Positions 9,613 through 18,854 of a stretch of DNA of 64,000 nt are shown in pieces. The stretch lies in IMG/VR virus record IMGVR_UViG_3300039099_000002. One strand, 5' to 3'. The position numbers and the translations under genes are program-made. Source of the stretch: an uncultured virus (IMG/VR IMGVR_UViG_3300039099_000002). Lineage: Duplodnaviria > Heunggongvirae > Uroviricota > Caudoviricetes. The stretch's first letter is position 1; each line of letters begins with the position of its first letter. The notes beneath the pieces were generated by a model that was given only the letters and a program-made list of their open reading frames with translations, made no database searches and was not told the DNA's origin.

Positions 9613-9715
9613 GAAAAGCCTGATAAAATTAGCCCAAAATTTAACATATTTTGGGCTAAGGATTAAACTCAAGCCATTACCGCTAGGACTCTGATCGTAT
9701 GTTAGCTGCTCCACT

Positions 9716-10072
9716 TTTTTAATTTATTTTTATATTACAAACGTATTACAAGAATTTTAGACATAGGTGCGTGTTTGCACAATATATTGATTAAAATCAA
9801 AAATAAAGTTGGGAAGATGATCACTTTCTTATAGGAAACTGCCCTTTTTTCTTTGCATCTTCCCTTTACTTTTGGCGCACCTTATGTTATACTCCCCCGC
9901 AGATTTTTTAACGAGAGAATGCGGGTTTGAGGCGTGTTACAAGATTTTGATTTTATCGGCGTTAGTCCAGGCTGGGAACGAATGCTTGGTTTATGGTTTT
10001 GGGGACGGCTGCGGGGGAATATTGCCAAAACACAAAACCCTTGCTGTGCGGATATTGCAATATGTTTTTTGT
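9716..10072 (+). repeat. ~360-bp long inverted repeat, copy 1
   Basis: Reverse complement of 41760..42118 with long identical blocks, e.g. TTGGGAAGATGATCACTTTCTTATAGGAAACTGCCCTTTTTTCTTTG. Confidence 0.9.
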
Positions 10073-10780
10073 CGCCAAGGCTGGACAGATTTTAGGTTTT
10101 TAGCTGGTGGCACGGGCGTTGTTATGGCGTTGGTGCAAATGGTTGGTTTGCGGCTTGGGGGGACGGCTGCGGGGAGCGATCGCTAAAAACACAAAACCCT
10201 TGCTGTGCGGATATTGCAATATGTTTTTTGTCGCCAAGGCTGGACAGATTTTAGGTTTTTAGCTGGTGGCACGGGCGTTGTTAGGGCGTTGGTGCAAATG
10301 CTTGGTTTGCGGCTTGGGGAGACGGCTGCGGGGGAATATTGCCAAAACACAAAACCCTTGCTGTGCGGATATTGCAATATGTTTTTTGTCGCCAAGGCTG
10401 GACAGATTTTAGGTTTTTAGCTGGTGGCACGGGCGTTGTTATGGCGTTGGTGCAAATGGTTGGTTTGCGGCTTGGGGGGACGGCTGCGGGGAGCGATCGC
10501 TAAAAACACAAAACCCTTGCTGTGCGGATATTGCAATATGTTTTTTGTCGCCAAGACTGGACAGATTTTGGGTTTTATGGCCGGTGGCACGGGCGTTAGA
10601 AGGGTGCTGGGAACGAATGTCTGTTTAGCAGTTTTGGGGGACGGCTGCGGGGGAATATTGCCAAAAACACGAAACCCTTGCTGTGCGGGGATTACAATAT
10701 GTTTTTACTGCCAAGACTGGACAGATTTTAGGTTTTATGTCCGGTGGCACGGGCGTTAGTAGGATGCTGATGCAAATGTT
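9960..10780. repeat. tandem array of ~158-bp units (about 5 copies, alternating A/B)
   Basis: GG(G/A)GACGGCTGCGGGG recurs at 10001, 10159, 10318, 10476, 10637; units 2 and 4 carry GCGATCGC. Confidence 0.92.
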
Positions 10781-10960
10781 TGGGCTTGTATCGTGCAACC
10801 GCATTAATATTGATTGTTGTTTTTGTCGCCAAAACTTAATGAATTGAGTAAGACAATATGCCAAACTCCGCAACGACAAAAGATTCCAATACCTTTTACC
10901 ACTTGACTTTTCTCATAAAATTATATACACTAAAAAATAAACAAATCACCAGAGCAATTT

Positions 10961-11878
10961 ATGTCTCCCGCCAGCAAAAACTCCATAACAATAAGCTCAA
11001 TTGAATTTGCAGAACTATTAGCCAAGATTTGTAAAATTACTGGCAAGTCCGCCGGCAGCCAGAAACATCACTGGCAATTTATGCGCTTCATCAGGCGGCA
11101 TCGGGGTAAAATTTTACAGCAAGTTGGCGAAACTGTAAAGCTAACAAGATTGCGGAGACACAAAAATTCTAAATTTTCTGAAGTCGCAATGCTTTCAGAA
11201 AAACAAGTCGTTGAATATATAAAAATACATAAGTCCACCAAAGGCGTGGCAGAAGAAATAGAGAAAAAGCTTAAAAGTATGTCTGGGTTTGCTCCCTTGG
11301 CAGAAAAGTTGAGATTTGTCAGAGATGACCTAAGAGGTGTTGTTGTCGATCCAACAAGATTAGCAGAAGTTAAAAAGCAGTGCTTAAAAATTCCTGTTCT
11401 CAAGGATAGAAAGCAGTTGATTTTCTCAAAAGTGAAGGATGGGCAACTAATAAATGGGTGCGCCGCTATGTTAACATATAGGACGCATTACACTCTTATC
11501 CTTCAAGATTACGAAGAAGAGTATTTGCCGAAGTCTGAATTTGAGGATTTGGGAATTGAAGACGATGGCGAAGAGTATATTATTAAGACATACTTGACAG
11601 AAACAAGAGCAAAAATGGTGGTTCAAGCTGGTGTGGTTGTTAAAATAGTCAACGTCCACGCAGCAGATCCTAGATATTTTGAATGTAGGATGTTTTTGCC
11701 TGGGTCAGATATGGCGATAGTGCTAATTCATTACAGTGCGCTTGTGGTTCTTGACATTTCGATGAGACGCGAAGTTATTACAAAAATCAAAGAGTCTGGA
11801 CTTTTTGATTTTTGTAATTTGTTTGATGCCGTTGGCAAAGTAGAAAATAAGAAAATTACTAACTACTTTGCTAAATAG
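10961..11878 (+). CDS. hypothetical DNA-binding protein with Rha-like N-terminus
   Basis: ISSIEFAELL...HWQFMRFIR resembles Rha/pRha N-termini; basic; next to repeat array. Confidence 0.5.
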   Translation: MSPASKNSITISSIEFAELLAKICKITGKSAGSQKHHWQFMRFIRRHRGKILQQVGETVKLTRLRRHKNSKFSEVAMLSEKQVVEYIKIHKSTKGVAEEIEKKLKSMSGFAPLAEKLRFVRDDLRGVVVDPTRLAEVKKQCLKIPVLKDRKQLIFSKVKDGQLINGCAAMLTYRTHYTLILQDYEEEYLPKSEFEDLGIEDDGEEYIIKTYLTETRAKMVVQAGVVVKIVNVHAADPRYFECRMFLPGSDMAIVLIHYSALVVLDISMRREVITKIKESGLFDFCNLFDAVGKVENKKITNYFAK

Positions 11879-11892
11879 CGAGTGCTAATCAA

Positions 11893-12177
11893 TTAATTAA
11901 TGATAGATTTCACTCCATTAGAAGCGTCTGTTATTCTTTTGCGAAGATATTCTCTGTAGCATCCACTTACTCTAGGATTGAATGTACCTTCTATTTTTGC
12001 GATCGCCTCTTCAGAAGTGCCAGAATCGCGCAAACTTTGTTTCATGGAATTCATAAACTCTTCAACAGAGTTAATTCCCCATTTTTCTGCAACCTCCTCT
12101 AGCTCTTCTGTGGTAACAGATTGTGGGAGTGATGTAAGAATATTTAACGTTAATTCATTTAAAGTTGGTTCTTTCAT
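11893..12177 (-). CDS. hypothetical protein
   Basis: ORF just downstream of tape measure. Confidence 0.55.
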   Translation of the reverse strand: MKEPTLNELTLNILTSLPQSVTTEELEEVAEKWGINSVEEFMNSMKQSLRDSGTSEEAIAKIEGTFNPRVSGCYREYLRKRITDASNGVKSIIN

Positions 12178-12203
12178 TTTTTGTGTTTGGTGATATTAAT
12201 ACA

Positions 12204-15200
12204 TTAGCTTATATTGGCTGAATATTCTGATTCAATCCGTCCTTCAAGCATCCCTATAACAAGGTCTGCGACCTCCTCGGCAATGTTTACGGCGTTCCTA
12301 CCAACACCATTTATATTGATAGTAATATTCCCTATTTTTGGGGCGTTATTTGATGGTGTTTTGATGCTGTCTGGCGTTTTTTGTGTCGATTGAATTACAA
12401 AATCTCTGTTGCTTGCAGCGGCTATATTTGCTCCCATTGGTATATTCATCATTTCTTTAGTTAAATCTAACCCATTCATGCTTGTATCTATTACTTTCTT
12501 GTTTATTTGTTGATTCGTTGGAAACTTACTTACGGTAGAGAAGTTTTTGCTTGCATCAGCACCGCGTCTTTCAGCAACTCTATTTACTGCCTGTGAGTTT
12601 AAAATTAGATTATTTATGTTAACAGCAAAGTCGCCTATTCTTGGTGTATTTTTCAACTCATTTGATTGTGTTGGCGAACCTGAGAATTTTTTATTTGTTG
12701 GTGCTAATATAAACTCCTTGTTGTTTGCAACGACAATATTAGCCCCAAGTGGCATATTTAGCCTTTCTTCATTTATTGCCGACATTAGACCATTTGCTGC
12801 GTTGGGAACATACCCTTCTGGTATGTTCCCCATGTATCTGCCTGTTATTTTTTTTATTACTGGCGATTCCCATACTGGGATTAATACATTTTCTTTTACC
12901 GCTTTAATTGCTTGCGCTGGCGGGGTTTTTTGCAGTATTTGCCCAGTTTTTTGCAAAATTTCGGCTGGGGTTTTATTGACAACAGGGATGTTGATGTTAT
13001 TTATTTTGTTCATCACACCACTAAAAATACTGCCAATAGTATTTTTAGTGGCAGAAACAGTCTTTTTTAGTAAATTAACAATATAAGATGTAATATCATT
13101 CCACGCTTGCGACAAAGAGTCTAGGCTACCTTTGATACCATAGGTTATTTCGTTTTTAATCCGAGTTATGGTGGATTGTGTCCATTTTGTTATCGTATCC
13201 CATACAGAGGTCGCCATTTCACTAACGCTTTGGAATATTCCTGTAAATCCAGCATTAAATTCTGAAATAAACGAGCTAATTGGCTTCTGAAGACCACGCT
13301 TCACTTCTTTCTCGAATCCAACTAGCATTCCGCCTATTACGCTGCAAACTGCATTTACAGCAACTATAAATAGTCCACCAAGGATAATTGCGGTGTTTCC
13401 AATACCAACTAAAATCCCGCCCCAATTTAAATTAGCGAGATATGATATGCCGGAACCAAGCCAAGCTCCTATGGATTCACCAAGTTGATAAGAACCTATG
13501 GCGACCTTAGTATTTAGATCGGCAAAATTGCCGTCTGCAAATATAGAATCTTTTATGTTGCTAATTGCTGTGCCTAAACCATTAATTATCTCACCTGTTA
13601 TTTTTACAAGCCCGTCAACAATTCCTGGAATTGAAGACATTGTAAATTCTCTAAAATAAGTAATACCAGCTAATATCCCGTTGCCTATCATCGTGGATAT
13701 TTCGCCCCAATTGATGCCGTTTATAGTGTCAAAAGTTGATTTCACAAATTTAGAAGCACCGTCAGAAAACTTCACAAATAAATCGCCAGCACCTTGTCCT
13801 GCACTTTGTCCCGCATTTTGTATCTCTGGTAAAGTAACGCCTGAGAACTGATTTCCTGTCCAAGATATAATTCTATTTACAAATGGGGGGATCGCTTGGT
13901 TTATGTCTGCAATTCCACTAAAATCTGGCGACTTAATATTGTTGATATTTAAATTATTATATATATCGCCAATCTTGCTAAAATCAGGGACTTCTATCTC
14001 ACCGCTATTAAATTTATTAAATAAATCGGCAAAAAAGTCAGACACATTTGCAAAGCCTGACTGTAGTATTGGTAGAACAAAATCTACCCCTTTACCTGCT
14101 ATAATTTGCGCCTGTGAAATACCATCACCTAAAAACGAAAACACCCCGTCAAGCTGTTCTGGTAATTTTATATGAAAATTTGAAACACCCAAATCTTCCG
14201 CAATTTGATTTGCTACCGTATCAAAAAATGCCCCAACAGCAGAAAATATGTTTCTATTTTTTTTAAAACTGTTTGTAGCCGCTTCTATCCCATTTCCTAG
14301 GATTAAAACACCCTCAGTAAACAACAAAAACATATCATGGGCAATTTGCATAGGGTCTATTGCAATACCTATTGTTTTTGCAAATTCGCCAAGCTTGGCG
14401 AAAATACCCTTGTCACCAATCACAGCCCCTAAAAATTTTGTATAGGCTTCTATCGCGTTTTTGATGCCAGTTCCTTTGTCGTTTATCTCCCTGAACATCC
14501 CAAAGATCCCGACTCTTTGGTCAAAAACTTTGGTGTTAAATGACTCAGTTATCCCCTCAATTGTGCTTGATGATTTTTCTATAAATTCATCACTAATAAA
14601 TGGTTTTGTCGCTCTTTCTAAGAGTGATGCGCGTTTAGCCAAACCCTGAATGGATTTAAGCTCTGTGTACCCCATTTTCTTTAATTCGTTCTTTATCGCA
14701 TTAATAACCTCTGGCGATTTTTCGCCAAATTCTAGCTGGTTTAATTCTGCGAAACTTGAGCCGTTTAACGCTCTTTGCAGGAATAATGTGGCATTTTGAC
14801 TCCCCATCCCCTTGCCGAGTGCTAATGCTCCATAGTTTGTGGACAATCCTGTAACTGCCTGTCCAAAACCAGCAAAGTCAACGTTACCCTTTTTGTCAAC
14901 ATATCCACGAATAAGAGATGCTTGTAAGATGTTACCAATATCTTTATATTTTTGTGTTTCGCCTGGCAAAGGTGCTGATATCTCAGTTATTTTGTTGCTA
15001 ATCTCTGCAATAACCCCATAACTTTCATCAAAACTTCTGGCAGTTTGAGCGGACAAAGAGGCCGCATTACCAACAAACTGCTGTTGTAGTGATTGAGCTT
15101 TGCCAATTTGCTGCTCAATTGTTTGCATTGCTTTTGTGGCCGCAAGCGATGCCAAACTAAATCCGTCTGCAAAAACAGCAAAGCCCTGTTTCATTCCAGG

Positions 15201-15308
15201 CGCACTTAAAACACTGGAAACTGCGCCAAGCCTAGCAACATCTTGTCCTATTTTAACAATTTCACTAGATGCTTTATTAACAGCTTGAAAGACTAAAGAT
15301 ATAAGCAT
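12204..15308 (-). CDS. tail tape measure protein
   Basis: ~1035 aa, Ala/Gly-rich helical, N-terminal ISLVFQAVNKAS, hydrophobic segments, C-terminal ITININGV; tail context. Confidence 0.85.
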   Translation of the reverse strand: MLISLVFQAVNKASSEIVKIGQDVARLGAVSSVLSAPGMKQGFAVFADGFSLASLAATKAMQTIEQQIGKAQSLQQQFVGNAASLSAQTARSFDESYGVIAEISNKITEISAPLPGETQKYKDIGNILQASLIRGYVDKKGNVDFAGFGQAVTGLSTNYGALALGKGMGSQNATLFLQRALNGSSFAELNQLEFGEKSPEVINAIKNELKKMGYTELKSIQGLAKRASLLERATKPFISDEFIEKSSSTIEGITESFNTKVFDQRVGIFGMFREINDKGTGIKNAIEAYTKFLGAVIGDKGIFAKLGEFAKTIGIAIDPMQIAHDMFLLFTEGVLILGNGIEAATNSFKKNRNIFSAVGAFFDTVANQIAEDLGVSNFHIKLPEQLDGVFSFLGDGISQAQIIAGKGVDFVLPILQSGFANVSDFFADLFNKFNSGEIEVPDFSKIGDIYNNLNINNIKSPDFSGIADINQAIPPFVNRIISWTGNQFSGVTLPEIQNAGQSAGQGAGDLFVKFSDGASKFVKSTFDTINGINWGEISTMIGNGILAGITYFREFTMSSIPGIVDGLVKITGEIINGLGTAISNIKDSIFADGNFADLNTKVAIGSYQLGESIGAWLGSGISYLANLNWGGILVGIGNTAIILGGLFIVAVNAVCSVIGGMLVGFEKEVKRGLQKPISSFISEFNAGFTGIFQSVSEMATSVWDTITKWTQSTITRIKNEITYGIKGSLDSLSQAWNDITSYIVNLLKKTVSATKNTIGSIFSGVMNKINNINIPVVNKTPAEILQKTGQILQKTPPAQAIKAVKENVLIPVWESPVIKKITGRYMGNIPEGYVPNAANGLMSAINEERLNMPLGANIVVANNKEFILAPTNKKFSGSPTQSNELKNTPRIGDFAVNINNLILNSQAVNRVAERRGADASKNFSTVSKFPTNQQINKKVIDTSMNGLDLTKEMMNIPMGANIAAASNRDFVIQSTQKTPDSIKTPSNNAPKIGNITININGVGRNAVNIAEEVADLVIGMLEGRIESEYSANIS

Positions 15309-15582
15309 AATATTAAAAATCCCCACATATTATGGGTACAAGAAAAATAAAGATTTGATTTGTTATCTTATAGTCAGACAGGTGGAAATCATGTAATTGC
15401 ACCTTCTGGAGTCTCCGAGTCGTACTCTTTTGTTTTTAGTCCGCCGACTTGGCTAAAAGATAATTTTGATTTATTCAAGGATCTTGTTTGTTGTTTGTGG
15501 TTTTTCATTACCCGCATTTTGTTGTTTGGCTTATGTATTATGCATTCGTAATATTTACTTTTTCTATTAATAATTGGTTGTT

Positions 15583-15960
15583 TTAATCCTCGTCTTCTTT
15601 TTCTGAACCCCAGGCAAAAACAATTTTTTTCTCGCTATCTGTTCGTGCGTCAGGCAGATTTTTTGTTACCTCTCCACAGATTGATGAAATCTGTCTATCT
15701 ATTGTATATTGATCTGCGGGATATCGTAAATCAATCCCCTTTTCTTTGGCGATTCTATTGGACTCTTGGCAGTTAGCTATATACTGTTTGGTGTCATCGT
15801 TGAGGTTTTCGTAGGTGTGGTCTTTTAGTGCCTTAGAAAACTGATAATTATATTGACTCTGCCCACCGTTTATTCTTGTCATATATAATTCCCACGCAGA
15901 AAGTCCGCATTGTGGCAATAATTTAGACAAAGTTTTATCAATCCAAAGTTCTTCGGTCAT
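15583..15960 (-). CDS. putative immunity/partner protein family 1 (paralog of 18457..18807)
   Basis: IDKTLSKL..QC..SAWE.YMT..NGG, FSKALKDHTYENLN.DTKQYIANCQESNRIAKEKGI shared. Confidence 0.7.
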   Translation of the reverse strand: MTEELWIDKTLSKLLPQCGLSAWELYMTRINGGQSQYNYQFSKALKDHTYENLNDDTKQYIANCQESNRIAKEKGIDLRYPADQYTIDRQISSICGEVTKNLPDARTDSEKKIVFAWGSEKEDED

Positions 15961-15961
15961 G

Positions 15962-18000
15962 TTATAAATTTCCTCGCGCTTCAGCATCTAATTTGTTGTT
16001 GTCCATTTGGTCGTTTTGAACAGTTAATTTGCTTCTGTTAAAAACAAGCCCATAATTGTTTGGTTCGTAACTTTTGTTTAGTCTCATTCCATCATAGCCC
16101 TGAATGATGGCAAGCCTACCAGATGTTTTAGCCTTATTGATATCACCTATGAAAACGTCTGCGACTTTCTTGTAAGTTTCTCTTGCTTCTGTTATCAGTT
16201 TTTGAGCTTGTGGCGAAACAACAGCGTTAGAGCCACCAGGACTAGATGTGTCTTTTAGGTAAGAGTTGAATATTCTGACCCCTTCTTTATAAGCATGATC
16301 AGCTTTTGCTTGCACTACAATGCCTTCATAGCTGTCAACAACTTTTGTTCCATCCCTTTTTATGTATTCGTATTTATCGTTTTCTACTTTTTCAATTGTA
16401 AATTTAGGTGGAGCTATGTCATAGGGCATTTTATCTATGCTAACGGAGATAGACTTTTGAGCTTTTGACTCCTTGAATGTCATCTCGATCTCAAATTGAT
16501 CATTCCCCAGCGAGGATGGTTGTATTTTTGTTTTTTAGGAGTTTCAGTCAAATTATTGTTGAGTTTTGTCGAAACAGCGGATCTCGCGCTAGAAAATTTA
16601 CTAGAGTTTGTTGATGCGCGAAGTTGCTGCTCAGAAAGAGAACTGAATAGCTGAATAGGGGCAGGATATTTTGCTTTCGCGTCGTTTTCTTTTTGTGCAA
16701 GCCATGTCTTAAGATCGGATTCAAGTTTCGCCACATCTTGACTGTTTTTTTCTTGATCTCCCCATTTGAAGTCTGCGCTCGTTGCCATTCTTGCGGTCGC
16801 ACTTTTTTTAGCTGGATATCCAGGGTTTGAATATCCGCGCTTAGTAAGAATTTTGTGTGCGTCTTCTGCTTTTTGTGCAGTTACAGGTGTGTCAAAAACA
16901 GTGAGGACGTATATGCCAGTCCCGTATAAATTGTTGTCTTTCTCGCCTGTTGACAAAAAGTTGTTCCCATTTTTAAAGAAGTCAAAGTAAATCTGCTCAC
17001 CCATCGCCCTGAATGACAAATTTCCACCATTTTTAGCTATGTTGTCAACATCGTCCACATTGCCAATTTTAGGTTTGGCATTAAACCCTAATTTTTCGGC
17101 TAAAGTGGACGCAGTGTTGTCATTTAGTGAAGAAAGTTTGGTATTCTTGGGATTGTTATTGTGTGTGTTAACAAAACTATCAGTCTCTTTCTCTAATTTT
17201 TCTGCAAATGTGCCAAGAGAGTCAATGTCTCCGTTTTTTATGGCATCTGCAATGTCTTGGTACGGGTTTTTTGTTGGAGTTGCTGCTGTGGGTGTTGATT
17301 TAGCTGCTGGTGCTGCTGTAGATGTTGCTGTGGGTGTTGATTTAGCTGCTGGTGCTGCTGTAGATGTTGCTGTGGGTGTTGATTTAGCTGCTGGTGCTGC
17401 TGTAGATGTTGCTGTGGGTGTTGATTTAGCTCTATTTGCTATGAAGGACAGCGTGTTGTGTAATTTAGTCCCGCTTGATATTTTATCTGCAAGCCATCCA
17501 GAATAAGTTTTGTGTACGGTATCTAGTTGGACGTTGCAGTTTTTCTTGCTTTGTGCCAAACACGCGTAACCATTTGGACCCCTACAAGACCAGCCTTTTG
17601 AGCAATTCATTTGTGTTTGAGCAAAGTTAAAAAATTCCAATGGTAAATAGTTAACTTTCTCGGATAAATAAAGTGCTATTTGCAAAGACGCAATATACAC
17701 TACGTCTTGTTCAGAATAGGTTAAAACCTCTCTGTTTTTGGGTGTTAGGACAATTTTATCTTTGCTAATATCAAAACCCATTATTAGCTTTTTGCCACCC
17801 ATGCGCGGCGTTTGAAAAATCCCGGATATTATGTATCCAGGGTTGGGATTTTTTAAAATATTAAAATTCTCTATTTTGCTCCCATAATTCTCGTCTACAA
17901 TTTCGTAGACCATCATTTGCATAAATCTTGATTTATCAGACTCACTACCTAAAGAGTCATATTCTTTGGTAATTGTGTCGTGTGTAATTGTGTTTTTCAT
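15962..18000 (-). CDS. polymorphic effector F: shared N-domain + linker + ART-like domain; split by a frameshift at ~16531-16536
   Basis: ORFs 16480..18000 and 15962..16483 join by one base at an A6 run to give PK(K)TKIQPSSLGNDQFEIE, matching [19 protein letters not shown] of the paralog; FRAM, NLYGTGIYV, GYDGM, LVFNR. Confidence 0.75.
17280..17432. repeat. 42-bp intragenic tandem repeat (AKSTPTATSTAAPA)
   Basis: About 3.5 copies. Confidence 0.9.
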
Positions 18001-18073
18001 AATAATTTATAACGCGCTTAAATGAGTAATCAGTTGGTATAATAATTATTACAACAACTGATTGCTAAATCTC

Positions 18074-18328
18074 TTATCCAATATTCATTGATAGCAGTTT
18101 TTCGTGCTGTTTATCAATAGTAATTGGTTCTTGTGACCACTTTAATAAACTACCTAAATCAACTGGCTCTAATGGCTCACTATTGTCGTAGCGTGTGGCG
18201 ACCAAATTATCTCTATCAACTGTGTCTTTTCCCAGATAATATAAGTCCATGCCGCCTCTAGTGCCGATTTTAAACGGGGTTTCTACCCATTGGGCGTTTG
18301 GGTAATCTTCTTTGCTTGCTATTTGCAT
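18074..18328 (-). CDS. hypothetical protein inside effector array
   Basis: ORF 84 aa. Confidence 0.6.
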   Translation of the reverse strand: MQIASKEDYPNAQWVETPFKIGTRGGMDLYYLGKDTVDRDNLVATRYDNSEPLEPVDLGSLLKWSQEPITIDKQHEKLLSMNIG

Positions 18329-18456
18329 TTTTTTTGTTTTTAGTTACTTTTATTTTACTACCTAACTTTGCGTTATTCAGTAGTTATCATAATATAGAGG
18401 ATAATAACTACTGAATAACACAAAAGCAAAACAGAATAGCCAACATTATCTGAAGT

Positions 18457-18807
18457 CTAATCAAAAACAACTTTCTTCTCGTCTTCTGTCCTTGCATCAG
18501 GTAGATTTTTTGTTACTTCACTACAAATTTCACGAATCTGCCTATCCATAGCATCTTTATCTACAGTCTTTCTCAAGTTAATGCCTTTTTCTTTGGCTAT
18601 TCTATTAGATTCCTGACAATTTGCTATATACTGTTTAGTGTCTTCGTTAAGATTTTCGTAAGTGTGATCTTTTAGTGCCTTAGAAAACTCATATTCGTAT
18701 TGGCTCTTTCCGCCATTTAGCCCTGTCATGTACATTTCCCACGCAGAACCGCTGCATTGTGAGAATAATTTGGACAAAGTTTTGTCAATTCCAAGTTCGG
18801 TGGTCAT
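18457..18807 (-). CDS. putative immunity/partner protein family 1
   Basis: Paralog of 15583..15960, directly downstream of effector E. Confidence 0.7.
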   Translation of the reverse strand: MTTELGIDKTLSKLFSQCSGSAWEMYMTGLNGGKSQYEYEFSKALKDHTYENLNEDTKQYIANCQESNRIAKEKGINLRKTVDKDAMDRQIREICSEVTKNLPDARTEDEKKVVFD

Positions 18808-18854
18808 GCTATAAAGTTCCTTTTGTTTGTTTGCCTAATTTGTTCCTCGTCTGA

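Noticed and set aside
9960..10780. CRISPR array
   Set aside because: Whole ~158-bp units repeat with no unique spacers; no cas genes in the window
9872..10879. ORFs inside the tandem array
   Set aside because: Frames shift between units and no RBS is evident; by-products of a stop-poor repeat
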